Below are positions 10,320-23,717 of a DNA stretch of 64,000 bases, in pieces. The stretch is from Marsupella aquatica (taxonomy: Eukaryota > Plantae > Marchantiophyta): the NCBI GenBank assembly GCA_973895155.1, contig OZ316892.1, forward strand, positions 23,413,168-23,477,167. The letters are read 5' to 3'. Both the position numbers and the translations under genes were made by a program. The notes beneath the pieces were generated by a model. That model saw nothing but the letters and a program-made list of their open reading frames with translations. It did not search any database and was not told where the DNA came from. How positions within the stretch are numbered: the first letter of the stretch is position 1; every line of letters begins with the position of its first letter.

Positions 10320-13300
10320 ACATGCCTTAGAAAAAAAATTGATCATGAAAAACGAGAAGGGTGGTCACCCTTCTCAATAGGTCCGACATCATGTTCACTA
10401 AATGATTAATCTTTGAGAAGAGGATGGGTGTGGTGTTCTTGGCCAAATACTCATCATAGATATGTGCCTTAAGAACATCCATAGAAGCTATCTTAATCAA
10501 AGGCTCAATCAGATCCAAAGATTGAGTGATACTGAGTTGGAGAGCATGCTCAAGTTCATTCTTCTTCTTACTCTTTTCCAGATGCTGTACGTTTGAGTTT
10601 GGATATCTTCTTCTTGAGGAACTCATTCTCCTTCTCCATCTTCTTCTTATCTGTGGCATCACTCATAGTGGAGATCTTTTCAAGGATCTGCCCTGGTTTC
10701 ACTCCTAGTTTATGAGCAATATCAGTAATGGCCTTCTCCATCACAAAGGTCTTCCTCTTCACCTTCTAAAATGTTTCTGAAATGATCTGGAAGTCATGTA
10801 GGGTGTCTTGGAAGGCATGGTCGAGTGCATCCGGAAAATGAGTCGGGTCGACAAAGGCCAGGTCAGAAAAGTCCGGGCAGAAAACCAGGTCTTTCGAGGA
10901 TTCAACTCTGGTGGTTCCTCATCCTCACTGTTGTCAGAGGTGGCTTGAGTGATATCCGGATCTGCTTCTCCATACTTTATGAAGCTAAACTTGGCTACCA
11001 GTATTTTCTTCTCTTCTTTGAACAAGACTCCTTCAAAACTATACAGATATACCAGGTAGCAAGAGAGAGGAGTAGGCCCTTATTGGAAAGATTCTATACT
11101 AGCTTCCTCATTAGATCAAAGATGAGCTTGGCCCAATTGACCTTCCTTTCCCCCTTATAAGCAACAACAATGGTAGAGCCAACTCCAACAGTAACTCTTC
11201 TTGGCTTCTCAGGATACAGCAAAGGTAACAGGAAGCTGAAGACTCATTTCAGGTCAGGATCCACACACTTGGAAACATTGAATCCGTCCTTATTGTTGAT
11301 GGCTCCTTTGAAGTAAGGGAGAATCAGATTAACAGCTCTTCCTACTAGACCTTCTCCTTCATCCTCCAAGACAAAGGCTCCTACAACCATCATCTGTGTC
11401 CATCATTTAGGTCGGCCTCGGGAGGTATCTTTAAACTCAGTCGGACACTCCTTGGATCGTATCTCTCTGATCATGTCTTCATTCTGATAACTCTAGGGAA
11501 ACTCCATCAGAGACTCACAACCCATTTTGAGCAAAGACTCTCTTAGTTTGACCTTCTCAGCTTCACTGTCCGGAATAGCTGGCTTAAGGATTTCATGGCA
11601 ACAGGGACCTCCTTCCCCTTCGATCATCTCACATGGGCTTTAACCGGCGTGGGTGCAGGGGATATCAAGGTTGAATGTCCCTTGGAAACTCAAGAAGTGG
11701 ACATTTTAGCTTGACCTGTCTTTGATCCATACCCGATCCATAGAGTTGATGCAAGCAATGGATTGGTTTCTATCGAATGATATGCCTACTCTGTAGTGAG
11801 CTCTACAATTGTGCAACCTCAAACAATTCAATCTCTTTAGCGTCGTAAGATGATAGAGATGTTCGGGTCGACCTGGCTACAACTTTTTTGATCAGGTGAC
11901 AACCTAATCTTCACAAATCCATCAAGATTCCTTCAATCACGGTGCAGGTCCATCAAACGTTGGTGGAAATCAGACTCAATCCGGCCTTCAGTAGCGGCAT
12001 CCGGGTCGACCTGGCTGCCCTTTTCATAACTGACTTGTCCACGATCAGGATCTCAAACTTCTTGCCTTCACCTCCAGCGTAGGAGTAGGCATTCTCCTCA
12101 CAACAATTTAGTCAGTACCCTCATATCCAGGCTCTCATCATGCAATGGAAGATTGGTCCTATAATCCGGACCCAGGATCCTCTAGAACCAAAAGGGTAGA
12201 GCCTCCTCACTCTACTGCTTATACAGCCAAATGCGTTTGGGAACTCAAAACCTACTAGGTTTGGCTTCGAAAGGTGTGAGAAGCCGGATTGACTCTCCTT
12301 CCTTATATCCAGATTCTGCTATAGTTCGGCCTGTGATTTACTTATGGTTTTAAAACTTTGGCAGGGGATAGTTGATGTACAACACAATCTAGTTTCAAGA
12401 TGTTCTATCTCATTGTTGGCTGTAGTGCAAAGTTCTGGGTCGATCCTCCAACTCTCATATCAGTCCAGGTTGACCTCAGATGGGCTTGAAAGTCGTACAA
12501 CACTTCAAAGTAATCTTCAGGTCCCTCTTCAGCCTCATTTGATATCTTAAACTTAAAAATTTAAAAATTTATGGTTAGTTAACCCTTTTCTCATAAATAT
12601 CCACATCTCACAAATCTAGTCCTACATGCTTATAGTACTGGTGCCCCTAGAGCGCATGCTCCTCAGCCTTTTTCAATCCAAATTGTAAATACTGTTATGC
12701 TTCTACCCTAGTCTTAAAGGATTTATAAACCTGGTCACTATAGCCTCGGACCTGAGGCTCACAATATTCCCATGACTCATAGATGCCAAGAATAAATCCT
12801 CTTATCACAACATAGTACTTCCTCCGCGTGGTTGAATCTGTAAAATATTGTGATACTGGCTTTAAGGGTTGCCGTGCCCCTTTCCCATGATGTATAACTC
12901 CAGAAGGGGTACTTGACTCCCTTCCCCAGCTCTTGAATCACCTTCAATCGTCACTAAGCTTGCCGAGGTACTCGCTGCGCCAGCCATCATCATTGGATCT
13001 TCCTTTAGTTCTCTGTTCCCAGCGATGTGCTCATTCGTGTGAACGGACTGGAGATTGCTGCTATCAATTACCATTGTCTTCTCCATCTTTGGTGGATTCA
13101 TACACCTGTTCAAGCTACGCAGGCAACTCTTGAACAGGTTATGGAGGTAATCTGCAAGCTTACTTCCTACCACCAATATCGACATTACAAGCAAGAGAAA
13201 TATCCAGGCCAACAATCGTTTCACATCCATCACGCTTCTCTCTCAATCTCTCTCCTCCGCAACTTTGGATGAGAAGGGGTATTAGGATTCAGCATCTGAC

Positions 13301-13900
13301 GTTGCAATGCTTGCCTTGTATCAGGCCACCACTAGCTGTAGACTTGTCGTTATTCACCATGTACATAGGAACGTTAGATTTAGGGCTAATATAGGTTTAT
13401 GGGTCAGATTAAGACCCACTTCCGTCTATTCCGCTGCGATGTAATCGGCCCAAGTTGATTAGTGGCCAGTCTTCCACTTTCACTTATCATTCTTGTTTTG
13501 CCCCTAACCACAACATAATACCTTCCCTCTTTGACAATTACAAAATAGGTTTACTAATGCTATTCCAACAACTAGGTCATAGGCATGCATATGTTTATTC
13601 CACCAAATTTAATACCCATTGATACACCAAAGCAAACAGCCATGAACAAATTTCATGCACTCTTGGTAGAAATTATCGTTTAATCCTTAGACAGTGATTG
13701 TTAATTCACCGTCTAAACCTAAGCAAGCTAAAACTTTCGAGAAGACTTTCATAGGGTGTAAAACTTGTTAAGTGCTCTGAACGTGCCGATCAACAGGAAA
13801 AAATTCATTCAGCCCCTAAGGGTTTAGTGCATACGAAGAGGGTTTTTTCAAGTGTGGGCTACCCTAGCTACCGCCAAGGATTTTTCCCGGGATTTTACAA
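10320..13900 (-). mobile_element. Degenerate LTR-retrotransposon relic (accessory ORF fragments and LTR/UTR-like sequence)
   Basis: Broken minus-strand frames 10327-11700 (e.g. NWAKLIFDLMRKL, K/E-rich coiled-coil pieces) resemble plant Gypsy accessory ORFs. Many stops; boundaries approximate. Confidence 0.4.
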
Positions 13901-14191
13901 GGGAACCCAACAACCACATTGGATTTGCTACCAAATATGCATGTTCAGAACCTAAAGCTCTTGACTCTTCCTACTGACTGCATTCCATGTGAACCCTCTC
14001 ACAAGTTTTTGCGCGCTCATACGGCTTTGGCATTCTAGCACAGTGCATGGGCTCCATCGCTGCTCCATCCTTTTTCCGGCCCATTCTCTCCGGTAGCTTG
14101 ACTCGCTCGAAAGATCATTGCTTGTCATGTCCAATCCTGTTTGAGCTCCTACCATAAGCGTCAAGACTGAAGATTTACTAATGCGCAAGCT

Positions 14192-14563
14192 GTGTGGGAG
14201 GCGGAAAGGGCAACGCTGAAGACACTGAAGGTTGATGGAGCCGCACCACATGGTGGGCATATCCCACCCTCCTTTGTAGGTAGACCAACAACACATACCC
14301 ACAGCACAGGACCAGGTCAGGTTAGAGCAACCCCATGCAGAGATGGGTACACTGTGGTGTATGGAGTACCACCAACACACAATGCACCCTCTCAGGGGAG
14401 AGCAGCCCCACAAGTGGATGGGTATGGACCACCACCACCTGTCGGGCACACTGTTGCATATGTTACAGGTCCACCACCACCACACACTACACAGGGCCAA
14501 GGTAGACCAACACCACATACTGAGCAGTATGGAGCAACAAGACACAATTGGAGATGTGAGTAG
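14192..14563 (+). other. Pro/Gly/Thr/His-rich reading frame, possible gene fragment
   Basis: Repetitive GPPPP/YG/GRPT peptides (VYGVPP, DGYGPPPPVG, YVTGPPPPH); no ATG start found. Confidence 0.3.
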
Positions 14564-15039
14564 GGATCGCCCTTCAATTGTGGCATATATTTACATAATT
14601 TACTTGGGAAATAATGGGTATGCCAGTGTGATGTTAAAGTCCTAAAACTATGTTGCTTAATTATGTGACTGCAAATTCTGCCCATCCTGATTGAGGAGTA
14701 ACTGACAAGGAGGTTTACTATGAACCTGAAGTAGAGACAGGACAAGGAACTAGTGTAGCCTATGCTTATGAGCAATGGGTAGAGCCTGATTGGTTGTTTG
14801 GTGGGGAAGATGTACAGGTAGTTGAGTCTGCCTCTTATCCACACAGTGTCAGGAGAGCATGTGGTAAGTTACACTCATGAAACAATAAACAATATTTGGT
14901 TGGGAAATGGGCATTCTGTGAAGATGGTCAGGTTGCAAGTTAGATTGCAATTGGTGTCTACTATTTGACATATATAAAGGTATTGATGTTACTATTGTAT
15001 GATGTGCCATGGATGTGGGATGATCATGCACCAAGGACA

Positions 15040-15930
15040 AACTCGGGTCTGGTGATTTCAGTTTCAGATTAGTTTGGGTTAATATGGAAACGACATTTGA
15101 GTAACGATGATGACACGGCCATGCAAATGAACGCCTGCCTAACTTACAACACACGAAGGCTTCTGTTTTGTCACTTCTTGGTTTTCGATCTTGTATTTGT
15201 CGAGCGGGAACTTTTTATGAGTCTATCATTTTTCGTTAACAACGTAAGTTAGCTATGTTGACAAGAGAACTCTGCACATATCCGTTAGCTAGTGGGAAAG
15301 TCACTCATGTATGGAGAAACGAGTAAGATCAGAGTTGGGTGTTATACGCACGACCCCAATCGAGTATTCAGCTGCAAAGGAACAACTCGAGCCTGGCTAC
15401 ATATATAGTTTCAATTGATTACCCTGGATTGTCGAAAAGGCACTCGGGCGACAATGATGACCACGTTTCTTACAAGACACGCTTAATATATTAATTTTCG
15501 TCCCACATTCTAGCTACGATTGGAATCTGGCACTTCTTGTGTGGCCACGGGATCCATTCACACCTGAAGCTGGAGGTCCTTTGCCGGGAACCTTTGTTAT
15601 TTCTCTGTTTTGTGTCTTTTGCTCTAGATACAAGATGAAAAACTTTTAGACAATTCCAAATTTCTGTTTACAAGTGGCTTCCCATGTAGTGATGTTGTGT
15701 TTCATTGGTATGAACTAACAAAGAGCATCACCTATGCTCAAGTTATATATGGCTGTCACTTGTGAATTAGTATTATTTGGTTCGACAATGTTCTAAGTCT
15801 TTTATTTAAATAGATCAACTGAACCTGGCGAGGCCAATTCCACCAATTGCAAACCCAAAGAGCCCATTCTCCGGAGCCAAGAGGTACGTTAGTATTGGGT
15901 TCGGAGTGTTCAAAGTCATTATATAATAGA
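15040..15930 (+). repeat. Dispersed duplicated segment (copies at about 39310-40320 and 59440-60470)
   Basis: Colinear blocks shared by all three, e.g. gacaaactcgggtctgg...aacaacgtaagttagctatgttgacaagagaactc...gatccattcacacctgaagctggaggtcc. Confidence 0.85.
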
Positions 15931-18439
15931 TCAACAAAACCGAAAATGAATGAAGCCACCACGTTTGACAAAATTCCCCCATGGACTTTTGCAACCCTGA
16001 TGGACTTCAATTCAATGTTTTAATTTGTCAGATTTAGCTACGATCGATAGCAAGATTGACAGTCCTCACTGAAATATAACTTGTAAGTGGGTGGTCACCG
16101 GCTACAGCCAGTACTCTGTTCATTGCAGTGGGTTGCCAGTTTTGAGACTCTTTGTTGTTTGTCGACAAAGTTTAAGCGGTATGAAGATACTCCAATCCGA
16201 GATACTTCAATCTTAGAATTGTTGTCTGTTCTGTGAGTTTTCATTTCTGCACCACCACGAACTGCAATTTTGCCATTACCCTCTCCGTGATTGCAGAATT
16301 AGGCTAGCCTGTTCCTTTTTTGGCAAAACCATTCAGACAATTGTTGAGCCATATGTGAGCTAGGGGGATTTCTGAACAAATTTGAGCATTGTTTCTTGCT
16401 GGACTGTCCAGACAAGTGTCAGTCAGCTTTTGTTCGTCTAGAACATTCGCATGACATACTAGAATTAGACTAAAGTTATCCCATCCGATCAACCTAATTC
16501 TTTGATTCACCCCTGCATAGATAGGATATCAGAGTGCGATAGTTCCACTAGTCCTCTGTCTTAAGTCCAACCTAATCTTTTGAGCTCAGCTTCGTGGGGT
16601 TTTATTCGAATCGAGACGTACATTCGATTGATTAAATTTGAGTTACTTTCAATTCCTTGTTTGGTTCTTTCTTTGTCAAAATGTTCTCACACTCCATCAA
16701 CGTAATTCCTAGAGACTCCTTGCATAGAGTCGCTGTTGATTAGATTTATTGATTCAATCGATTCCATGTTATTTTCAGTTAACAGTTAAATGTAATGTAT
16801 GAAATTGAGAGTTCATTAGTTTCTATCTAAACTCTCTACTCAAGACTTTATTTAATTAGTCAAACGGCTGTCGGAGACATTTCTGATCAGTTAGCTCACC
16901 AAGAACACATTTGCCTCAGCATTTTCGACATTGTGAGCTTCTCAGCTGGATCGAAATGCTCCACTTTTTTTCTTCCCGTATTAATGTCTTATCGATTTGA
17001 CTTAGCAACTGAATGAAAAATGACCTTCAGGCCTTCCAGAAGACCTGCCCCAGCCTGCATCACACTTTGCAACGGTCCGGAAAGAGACTTGACATCGTAG
17101 GATGAAGTGTGCAGATGATGTACTTTTGATACCTCAATTGCTGTCCCTTCCCTTGCAATGATTTGGCATTAGTTGGAAGAAAAGTTAGAGGAGACCAATC
17201 CACCTCTTGCAAACCCAAAAACCCACTGTCCACAGTCAAAGCCAAAGCGGAGGCCAAACAAACAAATAGTACTTTGTCCACTAGAACCTCCCTCGCCTCC
17301 CTGCAACATAGATGGTTCAAGAGTTCATTTTGATTAGCCAGGTACTGAAGCTCATATCTAGAGAAACCAAAGCTGGTTAGATTAATTTTGTTGTTGTCAA
17401 TAGAACAAATAAAAGAACAAGTAGGAAAAGTTAACAAAAAGGTATTTAACCAATTACTTTGGTCATCCGAGTTATCCTTGGAATGGAAAACTTATTGAAA
17501 ATAAGAGTAAATTTGAAAATGAGCTAAAAGCATAGAAGAGCATTAATGTTTTTGTTAGTATATTTGTTTATTTATTTATGTGACGTAAACAATAAAATAT
17601 TTTGAGTGGTGACAACACAAAAGCTTGGTTCTCTAACCCGAATTGTTGCAACAGGAATTCTTGTTCTGTTCTGTGTCTTGAATGCAAAAATGGAATGTGA
17701 ATACCTGGCATGAACGGCTAGAATTAAGCTGCCCTCTATAGGGACCCTTTAATTAAAGTTCCAGGCTGCGCTTGCCTTTCATATGGAAGTCTATCGAAGT
17801 CACTGAGGCTAGTAGCTCTATTGCTCAATCTTTGAGCGGAGCAGAAGTCTGATTGAAAAGCACCGTGAATTTGTAGTATGACTCGATCACATCCTCAGCA
17901 ACGCGACTACACTGAGAAAATAAAATGCAATGGTCAGTTTAAGGTGATCGGCAACGGAATGAATTGATTTATGGCAGATGTTATTCGTTGTGAGGTTTAT
18001 TTCGGTTCACATAGCCTGGAGAAGTGAGAGTCAACTGTAGCTTCTTTCTATAACCATTCATGTAATAAATCTTTGACGTACGCCATTTTTCTATGCATTT
18101 TTCTGAACATCCAAAACGAATCGTTGTAAATCTCACTTGTTGTCTCAATCCTGTTTATCCAAGCTAGACAGTCAGACCTATAAATATATCTGTAAGGATA
18201 ATGCCTTGTGTTTAACGGCAGCATCCATATACTATTGAAGTTATAACTACTATATACTACGATTCTTGACTGGTTGACAATGTTCATGCAGCACAAGAGT
18301 AAGTTTCAATAACTAATACATTCTCTATCTCTGAGAAAAATTGTATTCAGTTTTCCCACCAGCCTTGGGTGGCAGGCCGTAGTTTCAATCTCTAGTACTG
18401 GAACCTTGGAGTGACTTGTATTGTTTCATAGCTTGTGTA

Positions 18440-18824
18440 CACTGTCCACCTTAATTAATTAGTGTGACACCAAAATTATTTAGTGTAAACATTTTCTTTT
18501 ACTTCAATCACCTGCCAATCACACTAATTAAGTGTGTTAAGTCACACTATTTACCGTGTATTGAGAGTCCCTTGAGTCTCAGTTTTATGCTCACACTAAT
18601 TAAGTGTGTTAAGTCACACTATTTACCGTGTATTGAGAGTCCCTTGAGTCTCAGTTTTATGCCTCGATTCTCAGTGGTGAAGTCTTAAGGGGAACACCTC
18701 CATTAATGGGACCAAAAGTGCAACTTCTTGTGAAGTCTAGTAATTAGTGTAACACCTGAAATAACGTTTATTTGAGACGTAAAATTGTGACTAAAGGTGT
18801 CTAACACTAATTGCGTGGACAGTG
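18440..18824. mobile_element. Tc1/mariner-type (Stowaway-like) MITE
   Basis: TIRs CACTGTCCAC...AATTAGTGT...GACACC at both ends, TA on each side (18438-39, 18825-26), internal 72-bp tandem duplication at 18519-18662. Confidence 0.8.
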
Positions 18825-20161
18825 TACTAGTGTACTATGCAATCGATGTATTCTTTGCGTTCACAATCACACAGTTTTTCTATTATCGACAACTAAGTGA
18901 TGTATGGACCAATCGAGTACTCTAAGTATCCATAGATTTGCATTCAACGATGGATGTGACAAATTGAGTCAAGTACCTTACGGACACAGGGGAAACAGGA
19001 AGTACTGTAATTTACGAGCCTGAAGGTATACATATTTCGAGCTGTAGGCAAAATTTCAGCCGAGTAGACTTCATCTCATCTTCAATGGAGAAAACGGGAT
19101 ACAGCCAAAGTTTAGTGTTCAAAATAATGGAAAGCAGTTGCAGACGAGGTTTTGAGCCATTTAGCCGAAAGCCCTGTCTCCAGAGGACCGAACGTCTGAA
19201 CTCAGTAGGTGTCTGAAAATTTCTCAGCTCCTCTGTTTCGAGTCTTTTTGAGCGTGCTTAGTTCGTATATGGTATAAGGTATATTTCATCAACCCTGATA
19301 TCCCTCCATGCACGAAGGCCCCGCGACCGGATATCGGGCTGCTCTCGATATCGAGTATCTCCCCCTTCTCTTTCAATCCAGGTTTATCGTTTCACTGCTC
19401 CCGTAAATCGAATCTCGAACCGCTCTCAACAACAACAAACAATTCAGAGTCAGCCTTCGAAAATCTAAAGAAGTCGTCTCTCCTCTTGCTTGTTCAACAG
19501 CCTAGGGTTTCCGTTCGAGCGGTTACTTAACTCTTCGCGCGAATTGCAAGTCTGAGAAAATCACGAGTATCAAAACTGAAATCTTCTGATATCGATACAG
19601 ATGAAGTTATACTTGCGCATGGACATTTGCGAAGTTAGTTAGAGGCAATCCGCAAGGCATTGATTTCCATAATCGAACATCGATCATTCAGTCCTAGGCG
19701 GTGAAACACCGAGCCCTAATTTCGATGCAAAATTGAGGATTCATCTGCGCGATTAGAAATGCTGACGCGAGAAGCTAAGGAAAACCGGAATCGCATTCTT
19801 GGACAGCTGCATCTCATCTGGTGGATTCTCGATGGAATATCTGGTGTGTAATTCGTTTCTGGATCTAACCCGGCACAGAAATCGCGCACAAGACGCTTGG
19901 AATCTCGATTCCGTGAATAAGTTAACTCATTGCTGGGAAGCAAGATTATATTCTCGCCAGTAGAACGACTTTGGTCTGCCTTTCTTCATCGTGGCTCGAT
20001 CTCTGTTCTCTTGATGCAAGCGAATTGAAAGCAAGGAAGATCGGAATACTGAGGATTCCGTGCTGTTTCTGCTGCTCGCAGTGAATTGTCAATCTGTCTA
20101 ACGCTCGGTTAACTTTGATTGGTTTCTTGATGTATTGGGCGCCATCCACACGTACTTCAAG

Positions 20162-20299
20162 CGATCAGTTCGGTTAATTGAGTTGAATCTCCTATGATTG
20201 TGGCAGGCAATGGATCGGCCTCCCCGCGCCCGATCAGTTCGGCTAATTGAGTTGAACCTACTATGATTGTGGCGGACAATGGATCGCCTCCCCGCGCCC
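20162..20299 (+). repeat. ~69-bp tandem duplication upstream of the ZIP gene
   Basis: cgatcagttcgg(t/c)taattgagttgaa...ctccccgcgcc occurs twice. Confidence 0.8.
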
Positions 20300-21152
20300 G
20301 TCCAGTTTTCTGCAGCAGATAATATCGAGTGTTCTTAGGTCTTCTACGTACTCTCCGAATAGTGCTGGAGGTGAAGCATGTTGAGCAGTTTTGAATCCTA
20401 TTGCCAGTAAAAAGCTGGAAGTTCAAATAACAGTCGAAATGTGTATGGCGACATAAACAGAACTGATAATGTTCTGGAATAACGGTCCGTCGACGGTGTG
20501 AAACAAGGGCGACGATATGGTCAGGTCTCATCTCATCCAGAAACATTGCGTGGCCGCCGATGGAATCCGACGATCAAGTCTTTTTTTTCGACTCTCACGG
20601 CAATGATATCTGCCATCCCTTCCATCACACGAAGGTAATCAATTTTTATTATACATATCAGCACCGTCAGCGGAAACGGACTCCGTCGTGTATTGTGTGG
20701 TGAGAGCTCTAGTCTGAAGGATGCTGTAAAAAACCTCATGCACGTAACTACAACTCTTTACTGAAATCTCTACGAAACTAATTGTAACCTAGTATAGGGT
20801 GCCATGCATGCACAGGGGATAGTGTTGTCATTATTTTGCCCTTCTCTGCGGCAATGATTAATACAATAGAGGACCGAAAATTGATGCGGCAGGAGGAGAA
20901 GGGTAGCGCAACATACAATACCATGGTGTGGCTGGACAATCGCAGGATTCGGTTCACTGAGGTGGTAGAGGAGTGAGGCAACGGTGAATTTATGGTACGT
21001 ACAGGGCACAGGTTAGGATTTTCGGAAGGTCGTCAACTCGTGACATTCAATTCCGTGACGAAGAAGAACGAGAAGAAGTTGCGTTTGCATAAGCTGAACG
21101 AACACCTGCACACAGATCGAGGCGGCTGATCCAGGCAGCTCCAAGTTCGACA

Positions 21153-22367
21153 ATGGACGACTGTTCTCAAACGGTCGATTCGGCTTGCAGAAACAAAACT
21201 ACAGCGTTACACCTGAAGGTCGGCGCTACAGTGGCGATCGCCATTGCCAGCTCCATGGGGGTGCTGATCCCTCTAGCGGGGAAGCGAGTGAAACATCTGA
21301 GAACGGATGGGAATTTCTTCTTCGTAGCCAAAGCATTTGCTGCTGGGGTTATCTTGGCGACGGGGTTCTGCCACATGATCCCGGATGCCGTGAGCGCCCT
21401 TACCAACCCTTGCCTGCCGGAGAGCCCATGGGCCAAGTTTCCATGGCCAGGATTCATCGCTATGCTGGCGGCTCTCGCTACTCTCGTGGTGGACTTCGTG
21501 GGGACGGAGTATTACGAGAGAAAGCACAGCTTTGCAGCTCATGGACACGGGATGATCCATCACCACGGCGTTGCAGATGGCACAGAAAGAATCAACAAAG
21601 ACGGTCCTGTCGAGGATCATTCGCCTGCTGAGGCACATGGGCACGGACCTGGACTAATAGAGAAGGGGGGAGATGTTGAAAGCAAGCAACACCACCAACC
21701 GGATCGGAACAAAGAGAGCAACAACAGCAACGGTGGACCAATGCACATCGTCGGCATGAGAGCTCACGCTGCTTCGCATAGCCATAGCCATCCTGATGGG
21801 CAGCACGGTTCTTTGGACTCTGGAGGAACTCACCACGCAGGGCACGACCACGGACCGAAAGATGCCAGCCAGGTAACTGAAGCGTCTCTTCGGCATATAG
21901 TCATCTCACAAGTGCTAGAGCTGGGAATCGTTGCGCATTCCGTAATCATTGGACTTTCACTGGGAGTATCTCAGAGTCCTTGCACCATTCGACCACTGAT
22001 GGCAGCGCTCGTCTTCCATCAATTCTTCGAGGGCTTTGCGCTGGGCGGCTGCATTTCGCAGGCGGGATTCAAGAAGATGTCGGCTGGAATCATGGCGACG
22101 TTTTTTGCAATTACAACTCCGTTCGGGGTATGCTTGGGCATAGGAATTGCCTCCGGCTACGACCAGAACAGCCCTCATGCTCTGATTATCGAGGGCGTGT
22201 TTGACTCGTTATCTGCAGGAATTCTCATTTACATGGCCTTGGTTGACCTCATTGCCGCCGACTTCTTGAGTAGAAGACTACGCTGTGACCGCCAGCTGCA
22301 AGTAATCTCATTTATCGCTCTATTTGGAGGAGCCGGGGCCATGGCTGCGATTGCCATTTGGGCATAG
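21153..22367 (+). CDS. ZIP (ZRT/IRT-like) zinc/iron transporter, ZIP4/ZIP9/IRT3-like clade, intronless
   Basis: KAFAAGVILATGFCHMIPDA, CLPESPWAKFP, His-rich loop with [67 protein letters not shown] and terminal AIWA. Confidence 0.96.
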   Translation: MDDCSQTVDSACRNKTTALHLKVGATVAIAIASSMGVLIPLAGKRVKHLRTDGNFFFVAKAFAAGVILATGFCHMIPDAVSALTNPCLPESPWAKFPWPGFIAMLAALATLVVDFVGTEYYERKHSFAAHGHGMIHHHGVADGTERINKDGPVEDHSPAEAHGHGPGLIEKGGDVESKQHHQPDRNKESNNSNGGPMHIVGMRAHAASHSHSHPDGQHGSLDSGGTHHAGHDHGPKDASQVTEASLRHIVISQVLELGIVAHSVIIGLSLGVSQSPCTIRPLMAALVFHQFFEGFALGGCISQAGFKKMSAGIMATFFAITTPFGVCLGIGIASGYDQNSPHALIIEGVFDSLSAGILIYMALVDLIAADFLSRRLRCDRQLQVISFIALFGGAGAMAAIAIWA

Positions 22368-22704
22368 TCAATTTTCTCTTCGTCCCTTTACATACTCACC
22401 CACATAATTAAATTAATTGACCATCCATTGGAGAATTGTGAACCGGTGCGCCTTAAATTGGCACAAGGGAGCTTACCCCGCAATAAAAGACGCCTTAAAT
22501 TCTTTGCACCGTTTTTACTTCTAGGTCGCGGACGACAGAATAAGTAGCGGTCGGGAGAGCCTAAAATGGAGGGAGATCAATGGACAAAATTGCTGACCTA
22601 AATCTATAAGCTAATTACACTCCCGTAAAGCAAGCACAACAGACGTGCGGCGCCTGAACTACAAAGAATCCTAAGGTCATATATTTGCGTGCTGTCACCA
22701 GTAC

Positions 22705-22892
22705 TTCGTCTACCAAGCTTACTAGTAACGCGGAGGTTTCCAACAGGTTCCGCATGGGATAGTTGTGAGTGTTCGATACTTTTCGTCTACCGAGCTTACT
22801 AGTAGTTTTCGTCTACCTAGCTTACTAGTAACGCGCGCGGAGGTTTCCAACAGGTTTCGCTTGGAACAGTTTTGAGTGTTCGATAATTTTCA
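22705..22892 (+). repeat. ~77-bp minisatellite (about 2.3 units) upstream of BTB copy A1
   Basis: Units ttcgtctacc(t/a)agcttactagtaacgcggaggtttccaacaggttccgc...gagtgttcgata. Confidence 0.85.
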
Positions 22893-23027
22893 GTCCTGAG
22901 AAGGAACTCAACCATTCTAAAGTAGTGCAGGGAATCTCGTTCGCGATCTTGTTTGGAAATATTCATTGCCAAGCTGTAATACATGCGAAACAAAACGGAA
23001 GTCCTTGTTCACTCAATGCCAATCGAT

Positions 23028-23717
23028 ATGTCGGAGAATTAGACATGTGCCAGCGAAAGCTGAGGTTATTAGGTTACCAGTTTGACAATGATGCAGGGGA
23101 GCAAACAGGCGATATGACGATCATAGTCGGAGGCAACAGAGATGAGCCGATATTTGCTCACAAATCAGTACTGGTGTGTGATCCAGGCGCCCAATCCTCT
23201 GACTATTTGCACGTTTACACTTTCCTCTTTCAAGAAGCAAAATAGTTTCCAAATCGCATGATAGAATGTTGTACTCAATAGCTCTTCACAGCATGTAGCG
23301 TAGAAGTAGATGAAGTCCTCCAATCCAAGTTACACCCTAAAATTGATTTATATTGCATTGACGTTTTTTCCGGGCTGAGAAAATTGGCAGACAAGCGAAT
23401 CAACCGTACTAAGTAAAATGTTCCAAGCCAAGACGGGGGAACAGCAGATAGGAGCAGTTTATATCAATGATGCTTCTCTCAAACCAATACGCACAATGAT
23501 TAGATTTTTCTACGTCGATGAAGTAGATTTCAATGAAGCTCCTGCCGAAGAGGTACTGGAAGTCGCGACGCTCTTAAATATGATGTTGTCCGTCTCCGGA
23601 TGATATGTAGTAACATCTGGCAATAACAATTAACCTAGAGAACCTGGGAAAGAGGATGGTGTTTGCTAAGAAGTTTGACTCCTCTATTATCCGGGCAGCA
23701 GCCAGGAAGTTCTGATG
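23028..23717 (+). pseudogene. BTB/POZ protein type A, copy A1, disrupted
   Basis: Homologous to A3/A4 (AHKSVL, intron 23174-23390). A 4-nt deletion after ATGTCGGAGAAT gives TAG; a 5-nt insertion near 23566 causes a frameshift and stop at 23603. Confidence 0.8.

Noticed and set aside
12862-13233. 123-aa ORF with hydrophobic N-terminus
   Set aside because: Inside the retroelement relic, no recognisable domain.
19000-21152. Zinc-deficiency response element (RTGTCGACAY) upstream of ZIP
   Set aside because: Only a GTCGAC core (about 20488) was seen by eye, not a full match.
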